Below are positions 12,745 to 25,078 of a stretch of 64,000 bases of DNA, one piece after another. Below the pieces are notes generated by a model, which ran no database searches, was not told the DNA's origin, and saw nothing but the letters and a program-made list of their open reading frames with translations. The position numbers and the translations under genes were made by a program. Position 1 is the stretch's first letter. Each line of letters begins with the position of its first letter. Source of the DNA: Nemertoderma westbladi (lineage: Eukaryota; Animalia; Xenacoelomorpha); assembly GCA_032718475.1 (NCBI GenBank), contig JAUCBJ010001180.1, positions 1 to 64,000 of the forward strand, written 5' to 3'.

Positions 12745-13209
12745 TACTAGTATTTCTACTACTTTCACCTCTACTACTATACGGAATAAAATGCCAACTG
12801 ATTGCACAATGCACATGACAGTTAATATAAAGGGGAAAATACATTGCCCAAAGGCTAACAAATTGCATTGGCCTCTGGTCGATACAACACTCTAAACCGC
12901 CAGTTGCAGCCCTCCCATTGGCTACCTTATCACGCCATAGACCTCTCCCCTTAGGGCTTCTGCTAGCCCTGGCATGCTATGGGTAGGCAGGCATGTCAGC
13001 CCCCCCCCCTCCCCCATTAGCTTGCCCTAACCACATTCTGTCCTTATGTGCTTACATTGGGTTTCCCTGCAGCTGTAAATGTGCTTGTTAGGCCCACTCC
13101 GGCCACTTGTCGGGCTGGCTCGGCATTTCTCTGGGTCCAATATTGTTAAATTGTCTCCCCCCTCCCATTTTATAGGTTGGAAATGCTTAGCGGACTGGAT
13201 CCGCTAACA
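12745..13209 (-). mobile_element. 3'-truncated LTR related to the LTRs at 16117 and 35795
   Basis: Minus strand starts TGTTAGCGGATCCAGTCCGCTAAGCAT, similar to TGTTAGCTTATCCAATTCCGCTAACAT. Then CAATATTGG, a CCAAT box, a TATA-like motif and TCAGTT in the same order as the other LTRs. Confidence 0.6.
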
Positions 13210-13667
13210 TATTTGCAGCGGTAGGATTATTTATTTGGATTATTTTGGATTTTCCTACTAAGCAACACAATTAATAATTATTGATTGATTGATTGATGCG
13301 CTTGTTGGCGCCATCATCCGGACCATCCGGCATTTAATTAGACTTTACTTCAGTAAAAACCAAAAATTACAGTACAGTTACACATCAAAATTGCACTAAT
13401 AGCACATCATACACGTTATTAATAATGCATAACAAAACAGCATAATAAAATCATGGATCGTGATAAAAGTATAGTACAGTATTGTTATAGGATAACATTA
13501 GACACATACCAACATTATTAAAAATCATCATTAAATATATCAGTACAAACAGAAATCAATCGATATTTGTTGCAATGAGACATTAAAGCTTACCTAAAAT
13601 TGAAAGTAGTTGTGGACCAGGCTTACTTTGTTAGCGAAGGTTAAACCATTTGTAGCATAACAGGCTC

Positions 13668-16111
13668 TCAGAAAGTTGTAGCTTTACCAAAGTCTGTGGT
13701 AGTTACTGCACCTACATCCATCCGTGATCTCAGTTCCTCATTGGAGTAGGTATAGTTTAGCATATTAAACATGGATGGAAGGCCTGATGTCTGTCTAGCA
13801 ATCTCGTATGTGTGACTCAGCCCCATGTTATTTGACGCAAGTGAATTCGTCATCAACAAGTACCGCAGATTCTGCTGGAGTGACTCCTTTGGACATCGAG
13901 ATATCCGTCTAATCAATCCAATTGAGCGTTCTGACACAAGATTACTAAGTGAAGATGCTCCATACAGCAAGCATAGAGCTGAGTTTGACACACGATTATT
14001 ACAGTACATGAGACCACGCATGATTTTACGAAACTGTCCATTCAGCAATTCCACTTCATTACCTGAAAGCATTCCAAAATTAAATTCTAGGCCATAAAGG
14101 ATACCAGGCACAGCGACAGCATTCCATAGCCAAGCAATGCATTCCGCAGGAAATTGCCGTACTGTCCAACCCCTGGTGTGGAAGATCGCCCCCATTGACG
14201 ATATCCTGCGTCGACATTCATTTAGAAGCTGATATGGAGATTGGTAGAAAGTAAATCCAAGGAAATATATTGACTTAGTGAACAGTACATTTGTACCAAG
14301 GATTACTACTAGTATCGGCATGCTGCATTGCAGCTGCATTTTTAAGAATGCTGTGCCGGCTTGTCGACAAAATTGCGCCGCCACAACTCCCTATCACCCA
14401 TGACATTTGCTAGATAATCCGCATCTTCAAGACCAGTGTCCTTTAAGATGCGTCTCAAGAAAGTCATGGGCTGTCCACCATGCTTATTCACTCCATGAGG
14501 ATGCCAAAGTACAAGATTATGCACTGGCTGGTCCTCACGGCGAAAGAAATGTCCTGCAAAGCGGAGGCGATTTTGTTCTAGTGTCAAGCTTGGGGGAACC
14601 AATGAGACACCTCCAATGTTATATAGTGTCTGGTTGGAGGATGTGTGCATTGTACTTGACACAATGAACCCGGCGTAGCATTCTTGTGAATGTGCCATCC
14701 AGAGATTTGGTATCCTCAGCAGTTAGAGCCCAGCATGGACTCCCATAGAGGAGTACTGGAACTACTGCTGCTCTAAATAATCGGGCCTTAAGTTTCCGAT
14801 TAATTCTCGGTGACTTCCAAATCCTGGAAAGCCTATTCAAGGCTGCCCATGCCTTTCCCTTACGTATTCGAACTCACCTGACTTCCGGATCCATGATCCC
14901 AGGTAACAGAAGTGGTCCACATGCTCAAGCATACCATCCTTTGAGCTTATGTTCATCCGTTCAGAGACTTGCTGAGAACTTTCAAAGTTAACTGTGAAAC
15001 CCAACTGTGTACCAAGGATTGATAGCGTTCTGTCAGAGAGACTCTGCACTTTAGATGACCCATTTACCATCGTCCAGTGAGTTTTATTTATGGAGATAGA
15101 AAGTCCAATTTTCTTTAGCTCGGTATCCAGAAGTACCATCATATTATCGATGTCCCCACCGCATTCAGCAAATAAAATGATATCGTCGGCATAGTTGAGG
15201 ATGGAGACACTGCGATTCATAATAATTCTACACCCCAGTCCAGAATTCTTAACAGCCTCAATTGCATCAGAAATATAAAAATTAAACAGGATCGGTGAAA
15301 GGATAGATCCTTGCTTAACTCCATTTCTTGGAGTGAAGCTATTGATGTCAACCTCCTCACCAAATTTGAAAAAGAAACGGCCACTGAGGTAATACTGCAG
15401 AAGGAGTCTACACACTGATGGATTTATAACACTGGATAACTTCTCAAACAGAACTCTGAAGTCAACTGTGTCGAATGCTGAGTCAATATCTGTTTGGCAT
15501 AAGTACACTGGAGCTCGGCTACTGTTAAAATGGTTTATAATCTCATATGCTAGACTGATAGAAGTGTCACACCCAATGCCTTTCTGGTACGCCATCAACA
15601 GCTCATGCGGTTTTATGACACTCCGAAGAAATTCTGAGAGGCAAATCGCTTCCAAGATCTTTGCAATAATATTGACCGTAGACACCGGATGATATAAGGA
15701 TGGATGAAATCTATCTTTCCTGTGACCCTTATAGATACATGTAATTATCGTCTCCCCAAGAAGTTGGGGACAATGACCTAGGTGCAACGATGTTCTAAAG
15801 ATATTGTGGAGAACCCCTACAACAAGAGTTGGATTAAGAGCTAGTAGGTGCTCCACTACTAGTGATGCAGACTGGCGACTTATTTTTGTTCAACGAGAGA
15901 ATCGCAGTACTTATGGTTTCTGATGAAATTTCGGGTACAGTTGAGTTGTTACAGATGAGATCAAGTTTGCTTTTGATATTGGTATAAACCTGTTTATCTT
16001 TTTTCTGTAGCTGATTCTGAATATGAGCCCGCACAGAGTCCCTTGAGTTTGCAGGAACATTATTACCACCATCATCTTTCAGACGACCTTTTGTGTCCAT
16101 AGTTCTCCAGA
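13668..16111 (-). pseudogene. LINE ORF2 reverse transcriptase and C-terminal region, split by an RTE insertion
   Basis: DIDSAFDTVD, GVKQGSILSPILFNFYI, YADD, FLG motifs. Removing 14305-15020 restores the frame (..RTLSILGT|NVLFTKSIYFLG..). Confidence 0.9.
14305..15007 (-). mobile_element. 5'-truncated RTE LINE inserted in the LINE RT
   Basis: RTE 3' end with (TAG)n tail. 13-bp TSD TGTACCAAGGATT (14292-14304, 15008-15020). About 12 nt of non-RTE sequence at the 5' junction. Confidence 0.92.
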
Positions 16112-16116
16112 AGGAT

Positions 16117-16643
16117 TGTTAGCTTATCCAATTCCGCTAACATGAACCCACAGAGTGAGCCATAAAGCAATATTGGGAGCCTATTGTCAGCCCAGTAAAC
16201 GGGGACAATAGGCCCCAAAGGAGACACACACAATAAGGGTCAGGGGTTACTCCCCTGACAAGAGAGAGAACAGCAAGGGCGAAGGGAAGCACTTCAGAGG
16301 GGGGCAAAGGGTGCCAACAGGGGTATCAACCAATCAGAGGGGGGAAAGGCATCGATTGAGTAGCAATAAGGCCACCGTGCAATATAACCAGTTACCAGTA
16401 ATCATACCGGTCAGTTACTCAGTTTACTCAGTCAGATCAGTAGGGTGGAACGGGGACTTCTGTCACCGTCCGCTACCGCCATTATATATTACCTGTTGTG
16501 TCATACTATACTATATCAACTGTCAGACTATTATACCTTTATACATATTACCCAACATCAGAACTCTTTTACCTTTCACACACGGCGGGGACGCGTGGAT
16601 AGAAAACCCAACGGATAAACCGGGATCCGTAGATCCCGTCACA
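16117..16643 (+). repeat. 5' LTR
   Basis: No differences from 22576-23102 seen by eye, and the overlapping ORF translations match. CCAAT, TATA-like AATATAA (~16381) and a TCAGT cluster (~16410-16441). Confidence 0.95.
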
Positions 16644-16732
16644 GTGACAGAACTAGATCCGCCCAGCTGCCCTGACAGAGATAGAATAGAGCTACCGTCC
16701 TAGCTAGCGACGACCAGCTACCAAAGACGACG

Positions 16733-19700
16733 ATGAGAGAGAGAGGAACGACACCGCCGCGGACCCCGGACGACGATCTAACGATCCGTGAGGCCACGGC
16801 GAGACGATACGAACCCACGACGCCGATCGATGCCACGCCGACCACGTCGACGCAGGTTGACGCCACGTCGACAACGAGCAACCCGGCGAACCAAGATGTG
16901 GGGGGTCGTCTACAACCGGAGAGCGAGTCGAGGGAAGGAGACGAGAAGGGAGGAGAAGAGAAAACGAGTCGACGCGGAGCGAGGGTCGACATACCGATGT
17001 CACCGGCCAGCCACAGGCCGAGGACGACGAACGGTCCACCGGAACGGCAACGGTGGGGCCGTCGGTACGACGCCGAACCCGGAGGGAGAGAGGAGAGATC
17101 GGCGACGAGGACGTCGGGGTTTCTGATCGACTTCGACGGGCCTACAACGCGACCCGGGAACTACTAAAGGAGGCCAAGGAGGGGGCGAAGATAGACGAGG
17201 TGAGACTGAGAAAGCGACTAGGTGAGTCGAACAGATACTTTGATGACCTAGTGTGTTCTGGACAGAGAGAACTAGCAGAGTTGAGGGCGTGGGGAGTTGC
17301 CTTCGAACTGTTTAAACTGTGGGAATGTGGGGGTATGGAACCTAGCGTAGTGTACGTAGGGCCATACTTAGTCGATGCCCGGGGAGTAAAATTAGTGGGT
17401 TGGAAGAGACCTGAGGAGGGCGAATCCGAGGTTAACTCCGAGGATTCGGTCTCGTCGGTCGGAGGAAGTTCCGGGAGGCGGGGGAAAGTTAGTGGGACGG
17501 AGGGGCGACGGGAGTCCGTCGCAACCGATAAGTCTGCTACATCCTCCGTAAAAGAAAGACGGGTGCGAGAGAGTGAACGCATGGCGTATAAATTAGAAAT
17601 GGTTGCGACAGAGCAGAATGAGTTAGAGAGACGATTGAGAGAGGGAACCGCATTCTCAGAGAAGGTAGGAGAGTTGGAGAGGGAGTATAGAGAGAGGGCC
17701 GAGAAGTGTAGAGAGGGAGCCAAGGAGTGTAGAGAGCGAGAGATAGGAGTAGAGAGCGAGCCGGCGAGGCGGCTTGAGATGCTTGCGAGAGAGGCAGAGT
17801 TGGCCGAGCAGAATATGCGAGAGATGGGGATAGAACGTGAGCGCAGGCGGGATGATTTGCGTGCTCAGCTAGGGAGGCTTGCGCAATATCAAGCCAAATT
17901 AGACCAGCGCCGACTAGAACTGGCGCGGTTGGAGATATCAGAGAGTGAGCCCCCACTTACAGGCACCGGGCGAGAGAACCAGAACTGGTGTAGCCGCACG
18001 GGCGGGGGGGGGTAATAGTAGTACGTTAGGAAATGTTAATATTAATAGTACCGTAGTAGGTAACCCTAATCCCTTTATTACAGGAAATAATAATATTTTG
18101 CCTGGTAGTGGTAATTTAAATTTAAACTTAAACTCAAATAATAACGTTAATTTAAATATTCAGAATAATTCAAATAATACGAATAATAATTTAAATTTTG
18201 AAAATTCAAATAGTTCTAATTTAAATAATTTAAATCTCGTTTCAAATTCTAACAATTTAATTGATTTAACAAATAATATTGGGAATGGTGCTATTAATAT
18301 GAGCGCGTCGGACGTACATAATCCGGCAGACGGTGGCCTGGTAGGCCACGTAGTTAGTAAGCAGGAGGTGGCAGGGTTGAGCCAACCAGACGGCGGCCTG
18401 GTAGGCCACGTAGTTAGTAGGCAGGAAGTGGCGCGGTTGAGCCAACCCGAAGTGGGCCTGATGGGCCACGCAGTAGTGGAGAGAGAGGCGGGGGTGAATA
18501 GACCCAGCCGTAGTAGAGACAGTGCGTCGACTAGAGAGGGGTGTAGAGACGAAGTGAGAGATAGTGAAGTAAGATGTGGCGAGTGGGGGGGGGGCTACGA
18601 GCGCCCCACCACATAAGATTAGTGGCGAGAGAGGGGGGGCAGAGAATGCCCCACAAGAGGGGTATAGAGGTGTAGTGAGAAATAGTGAAGTTGGAAGTGG
18701 CGGGTGGGGGGGGGCTACGGGCACCCCACCGCGAGAGACTAGTAGAGAGAGAGGGGGGGCAGAGAGTGTCCCAGAGCCGTCAGCGGATAATGCGCGGGCC
18801 GAATCAGGTAAACCGCAACACCCGGCGACGGAGAGTAATAGGGGGATTGCGAGTATCCCCAGCGGCGTGCGATCGAGCAGAGAGAGGCAGGTTGACGTCG
18901 CGAGAGGGCAGGCGAAGCGTCGAGCCCGACCAGAAGAGAGAAGAAGAACAGTGGAGTTTAACCGGGAGGTCGACGAGAGATCTCACGAGCCGGAATACTA
19001 CACAGAAAAGAGAAGAAGAGAAGATAGTAGAAGAAGTGTCGCCACGAACGATAGGAGTGCGAGGACGGATAACGGACCGTCGATAGTAGAGATGGAGTCA
19101 GGGAGCCAGTGGGGTCGAACTTCGGAAGATTGCCGTCGCCCCGGAGAAACGCACCGCAGGCCAGGAGAGGGGTACAGGATGTACCGATACGAAGAAGAGA
19201 ACAGGAGTGGGGATCGAAGGGAAACTTCCCGACGTGATATAGCTGCCGATCGAGAGTACGGTAGTCGCGGGGAGATTCGAGATTCGAGAAGAATAAACTT
19301 CGATTCGGAAGGGCACATGCAGACTGCAGGACATACTGTAGGCCTTACTGCACATACTATTATAGGCCATGCTGGGAGAGATAGAGTAGACGATAGGGTA
19401 GCGCGAACGACGGGATTAAACCCGGAAGTCGCGGAGTACATACCGGTAGGTAGGCGAGAGGTAGGTAGGCCTATATAGGTACAGCAGCATGACTATAATA
19501 CACAGGGACATAACATGTATCCAGGGGAGGGGAGAGTTATTGGAGATAGACGTATGGGCCCCAATGTATTAACATCAACCCCAGTACCAAACATACCGGC
19601 TGGGGGGGGACAGGGTGACATTCCCCCATCACAATATCGACAATATACCCCGATAGGAGCAAGAATATCGAACTCCCTGGACGAGAGCAGGTCGTGCGGA

Positions 19701-20468
19701 CAGTCACCACCACACGCGGCCATACAGGGGACTACCAGTCCACAGTTAGCTGGTAGTAGGGCCACACCGTGGCAGGGACAGGAAGAAAATAACACCAAAA
19801 ATAAACACAATCCCAATATACCCAGTAGGCCGAGTCTAGACAATCGAAACATTAAATCGGTACATATAAACCTAAGCGCGATACGTGAAGGACTATACAG
19901 GAAACGCTATAATCCAGGATTCCAGTGTCAGTTACATCGGGACGGAACCCATAAGACCAGGAGTTGCAAGTACTGGCAAGCGTTGCCCAAACGAGATCGT
20001 GTAGCCTACACAGACGCAAACGGACTATGTCATCGATGTGTGGTAAAAGGACACAGATCCGGAGAGTGTTGGAAAGGGAGAGGATATGAAAGGACTGAAC
20101 CAGGGGCAGAGAAGCCCATTAGCAAACATAAGGGAGTCGGGAAAGTAGAAGGAGGCGTGTCGCATACACACGCAGGACGGACACAGTGCGAGGGGGCATT
20201 ACATGGGCAGACACCGCGTATACCGAGGGACGAGCGGGGGTCGTCGAGGGCTCTAATGCCAGCGCACATACGAAGGGGGAGGCCAGCAAAGGTGGCACCG
20301 AAGAGAGTGTGGCGAAGAGTTAGAGGACGTATAGGAGGGCAGCAGGAGAGTGCCTACTGGAAGAAGGGGCACCTGAGAGTTTTTAGTCGTCCAAAGTTTT
20401 GGACTGATGGGGGTGGGAATGAGGGCGAGACGCCCTTCCCACGCACAAAATATAAAATAATTATTTAA
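16733..20468 (+). pseudogene. Long gag-like reading frame: coiled coil, Asn-rich and Arg-rich segments, C-terminal Zn knuckles
   Basis: ORFs 17053, 17945 and 18576 join by +1 shifts at G runs (~18004-18012, ~18585-18594). A single in-frame TAG (19476-19478) separates 18576 from the 19515 frame. CQLHRDGTHKTRSC..LCHRCVVKGHRSGEC has BEL/Pao gag spacing. Confidence 0.6.
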
Positions 20469-20499
20469 TTAAAAATAATAAAATAATAGAGTAGGTAGA

Positions 20500-22160
20500 A
20501 GTTAGGTAGTTAGTTAGTAGAAGAGTTAGTAGGAGGGTACGTATAGTACCGTTAGTAGAAGAGTTAGTAGGAGGGTACGTGTAGTACCGTTAGTAGAAGA
20601 GTTAGTAGGAGGGTACGTGTAGTACCGTTAGTAGAAGAGTTAGTAGGAGGGTACGTGTAGTACCGTTAGTAGAAGAGTTAGTAGGAGGGTACGTGTAGTA
20701 CCGTTAGTAGAAGAGTTAGTAGGAGGGTACGTGTAGTACCGTTAGTAGAAGAGAGTTAGAGGGTACGTAGTACCGCTAGTTAGAGTTAGAGTTAGTAGGT
20801 ACGTAGTACCTAGAGTTAGTTAGAGAGTCAGTAGGTACGTAGTACCTAGTTAGAGTTAGAGTTAGAGGGTACGTAGTACCGCTAGCTAGAGTTAGAGTTA
20901 GTGGGTACGTAGTACCGCTAGTTAGAGTTAGAGTTAGTAGGTACGTAGTACCTAGAGTTAGTTAGTTAGTTAGGAGGTACGTAGTACCGATAGTTAGAGA
21001 GTTAGAGGGTACGTAGTACCGTTAGAGAGTAGGAGTTGAGGGTACGTAAGTACCGATTAGAGAGTAAGAGTTAGAGGGTACGTAGTACCGTTAGTTAGTG
21101 GAGTTAGAGAGTACCGTTAGTTAGTGGAGTTAGAGTAAGAGTTAGAGGGTACGCAGTACCGTTAGAGAGTAGGAGTTAAGGGGTACGTAGTACCGTTAGA
21201 GAGTTAGTAAGAGTAAGAGGGTACGTAGTACCGCTAGCTAGTAGAGAGAGCTAGAGTAGTAAGAGGGTACGTAGTACCGCTAGTTAGGGGTGTTAGTAGT
21301 AGCAATAGAGGGTTGTGGGCACCGTAAGCGCCACGTAGTTAGAGTTAGTAGGGAATGCGCTGAACTTAGTGGGGCACGGGCGTGATGATGTGTTTGATGT
21401 AAGAGCAGGGTATGTTAATTAGAGTTAGTGGGAGTTAGAGGTTAGTAAGAGGGTACGTAGTACCGGTTGTGGTTGTGGGCACCGTTAGCGCCACGTAGAT
21501 AGAGGTAGAGTTAGTAAGAGGGTACGTAGTACCGGTTGTGGTTGTGGGCACCGTTAGCGCCACGTAGATAGAGGTAGAGTTAGTAAGAGGGTACGTAGTA
21601 CCGGTTGTGGTTGTGGGCACCGTTAGCGCCACGTAGATAGAAGTAGAGTTAGTGAGAGTCAGTAGTAGTTCACATAATTAACGTACCCACTCTGCCGGCA
21701 CTCAGAGCGTCACGTGTAGGCGATGAGACGTAAAGGGGATGTAGAGGAGTAGAGACGGGCACATAGGGTGCCAGAGAGTAGAAGAGTAGAGACGGGCACA
21801 TAGGGTGCCAGAGAGTAGAAGAGTAGAGACGGGCACATAGGGTGCCAGCTAGTAGAGCTAGAGAGGTAGTTGAGTAGTAGAAGGGCACATAGGGTGCCAG
21901 ATAGTAGAGTGGTTGTGGGCACCGCAAGCGCCACGTAGTTAGAAGAGTGGAGTAGAGTTAGCAGAGTTAGTAGAGCTAGTTAAGCAGAGTTGGTAGACTC
22001 AGAGGAGTCAAGTAGAGTTGGTAGAAGTAGAAAGTTAGTAGGAGTTAGTTAGACTTAGTAGAGAGTTAGAGTCAGTAGAAAGTTAGAGGCTCTCAGTTAG
22101 AGCTAGAAGTAGTAAGAGTTAGTAGTTAGCAGAGTTAGTTAGATAGTTAGAGTTAGTAAG
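20500..22160 (+). repeat. Purine-rich tandem region with repeated short palindromic hairpins (38-, 69- and 37-bp subarrays)
   Basis: 23 GGTAC-N3-5-GTACC units counted, 4 GGCAC-ATAGG-GTGCC units and several GTGGGCACCG..GCGCCAC units. Linkers are GTTAGA/GTAGA-like and nearly C-free. Confidence 0.92.
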
Positions 22161-22575
22161 CAGTAGGTAGATAGTATGATAGCACAGGGGTAGCATTAGA
22201 GATTAAAGCCTTAGGGAGTGACAAGAGAGTGGAGAGGTAATAGTGCGGAGTGCGAAGAGAGCGTGGGCGCAATTCAAGTGTGGGGGAGGAGAAGTGAGAG
22301 GAAGAGTGTGGGACGAGGAGGTCCGGGGGTATGCGAGAGTTGGAGTAGAGTGGTGAGAGTGTTGGGGAAACAAAAATTGTGTGAGAGAAGCGCACGATCG
22401 GCCCGACACGAGACGCCAGAGGGTAGTGACATCATACCCATAGGGAGCGGCCTGGAAAGCCGACTCCGAAAAAATATACCCACCCCACACCCGATGCTAG
22501 ATCGGGATCCAGCGGAATTGTAGCGCACTTGAGTTGGATGCTATCTTCTTACCGGGAAGATAGCATGGGGGGGAG

Positions 22576-23102
22576 TGTTAGCTTATCCAATTCCGCTAAC
22601 ATGAACCCACAGAGTGAGCCATAAAGCAATATTGGGAGCCTATTGTCAGCCCAGTAAACGGGGACAATAGGCCCCAAAGGAGACACACACAATAAGGGTC
22701 AGGGGTTACTCCCCTGACAAGAGAGAGAACAGCAAGGGCGAAGGGAAGCACTTCAGAGGGGGGCAAAGGGTGCCAACAGGGGTATCAACCAATCAGAGGG
22801 GGGAAAGGCATCGATTGAGTAGCAATAAGGCCACCGTGCAATATAACCAGTTACCAGTAATCATACCGGTCAGTTACTCAGTTTACTCAGTCAGATCAGT
22901 AGGGTGGAACGGGGACTTCTGTCACCGTCCGCTACCGCCATTATATATTACCTGTTGTGTCATACTATACTATATCAACTGTCAGACTATTATACCTTTA
23001 TACATATTACCCAACATCAGAACTCTTTTACCTTTCACACACGGCGGGGACGCGTGGATAGAAAACCCAACGGATAAACCGGGATCCGTAGATCCCGTCA
23101 CA
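22576..23102 (+). repeat. 3' LTR
   Basis: Copy of the 5' LTR, preceded by the PPT and followed by TSD AGGAT. Confidence 0.95.
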
Positions 23103-23107
23103 AGGAT

Positions 23108-24260
23108 CTATCGTTGTTTAGGTTTTTGACGAGGTGGCACTCTGCTAAGTTCCGAAACAATTTATTCTTCAGCCTCCGAGTAGCTTTACGTGATGCCTTA
23201 ATGTCCTTCAATAGAGGATCCTGTGGATCAGACCCATTCCTGAGCCAAAGGTGGTGCAGTTTAGATGTTGTTTTAGAGTAGTCCTTCAACCTTTCATTGT
23301 GAATACGTAGATTTTGTGTTCTTTTCTGCATCTTCTTGTGAGGTATATTCTCAATGGCTGAATGGTAAATCGCTACAGAGACTTCCAGAGTGAAGGAGTC
23401 CAGGTCATTTTTGACCATGAGTCTGATGAGTTAATTTACGAATATTTAAGCTTTCAGGTATGGTAGCACCACCAGGCAAGTCAAGTTCCATTGTAATTGC
23501 AAAATGATCTGAGAAGTTCATTTTATCTGGGGCTGAATTCACTGGATCCTCAAAGAGTACCTTACCTGAAAGTACCCGAAGCTGGTTAGTGCCAACAATA
23601 TGGTCGATGTAAGATGTAGCTCCACTGGTATCACAGTGGAAGGTAAATTGGGGACCACTGATGATACATGATTTCGTATCTAGACATGATGCATGTATGT
23701 TTTCTAAGAACTCTAAAAGGTTTCTTCCACGTTGAGTAGGCACTGTTCTACAGAATCGTGTGCAATTTGAACTACCAATATCAGCATTAAAATCACCCAG
23801 TACGATAGGCACTGCTGATGGATGTGCCACAATGGTACCTTCGAGTCTTCCAATAAAATCAGTGTACTCTTCTTGGGGCTTAGAAGCATCAGGAGCATAA
23901 ACACTAAGCATAAGAAGTTGTGACCCCATAAAGGAGGTTAGGGCACCAACAATGTCATCCTTGGAGCGTACCGGGCAGATATTTTTGAAAATTTTTGTAT
24001 CAAGGATAAGAGCTACACCACCAACTCCTCTTTTCCTATTAGGATTATTCATTTTTTCAGATACAGAAAATAGGCATCTAAAATTGCTGGACAGCCTTTT
24101 GTTAAAAACTCCAGCCATCTCCTGGTGATCACACCAGTGTTCCTGTAGTGATAGAATACAATTAGTACGTAGTAGTTCATCAATATAGGCAAGGTTTGTC
24201 GCAATTCCATGACAATCAAGAGTTGCACAGTGTAAAGAGTTAGTATCGGTATCTTCTCGG
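23108..24260 (-). pseudogene. LINE ORF2 N-terminus: APE-type endonuclease and linker
   Basis: LQEHW, GGVALI, SVYAP, GDFNA, IDHI, SDH motifs (23405..24373), frameshifted into 23098..23418. Confidence 0.9.
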
Positions 24261-25020
24261 CTCACCAAATTCCCCTCCTGTATGACTTCCCCCCCTACAT
24301 CTGGCAATGTGTCCTTGACATCCATAAAAGGGCACCGTTTGTTCCATCTTGTCTGTTGCATCAGTAAAAGCATACTGGTGGTATTCCCATTCTACACATA
24401 CAAATCCTTGTGGCCAGAATCCTGTTGAGGTTAGAGCACTGGCATCATTTGCATTCACCACTAACTGCATGTTTTTGTCCCTATTGTAGAACCTTGTAGA
24501 AATTTTTAGCACTTTAATTCCCACCTCGTTACAGTATCTATCAATCAAACCCTCGACACAGTCAGCCTTCATTCCAGTGAGATATAAGGTTTTAGTCTGA
24601 GCACACGTATCACCTTGATTTAACTGCCTTTTATTCTGATTGTATAATACTGGGTTAACCTTATCACTCTCACTACCTGGTCGTTTAAATCTGTGGCCTG
24701 ATGTCATTGATGACCCAAAAGGATGTGAGATAGGTTTAGAGTCTTCCAAATCATCAGGTGTATGACTAAGGACTGTGAACCTATTGTCACAATTTACATC
24801 CGGTCTACTGTTGTGTAGTCTTGTTTGGTGATGTAACCCATCTCTGGGCCTATGTGACTGCCTGATCATATGAAAAGGCTTTTCTATATTACCTTCTATA
24901 ACTCTGCTTTGTCTGACCTCCTTATCTCCATCAAGAATCTTTAGATCCCCATTGATACCAGGGCGAGATCTACCATGACCATGTGAAACTTGCATATTTC
25001 TGTTGAATGGACCTGTTGAC

Positions 25021-25078
25021 TACTACTAGGATGGGCATGCTCCATTGCAGCTGCATTTTAAGAATGCTGTGCCGGCTT
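25021..25078 (-). mobile_element. Very short (~58 bp) RTE 3'-end insertion
   Basis: RTE stop/3'UTR/(TAG)n sequence flanked by GACCTGTTGAC (25010-25020, 25079-25089). Its removal rejoins ORF1. Confidence 0.88.

Larger units (their letters stand above)
16117..23102 (+). mobile_element. Young non-autonomous (gag-only) LTR retrotransposon with BEL/Pao-type zinc knuckles
   Basis: Two 527-bp LTRs (TG...CA), 5-bp TSD AGGAT (16112-16116, 23103-23107), PPT GGGGGGGAG (22567-22575). No protease, RT or integrase motifs inside. Confidence 0.93.

Noticed and set aside
16311-16703. Duplicated 120-130-aa ORF (also at 22770)
   Set aside because: Lies within the LTRs and has no recognisable motif.
20500-21620. 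CRISPR-like or telomeric array
   Set aside because: Linkers are low-complexity variants of one another, not acquired spacers. The GTTAGA-type motifs are not a regular TTAGG(G) tract.
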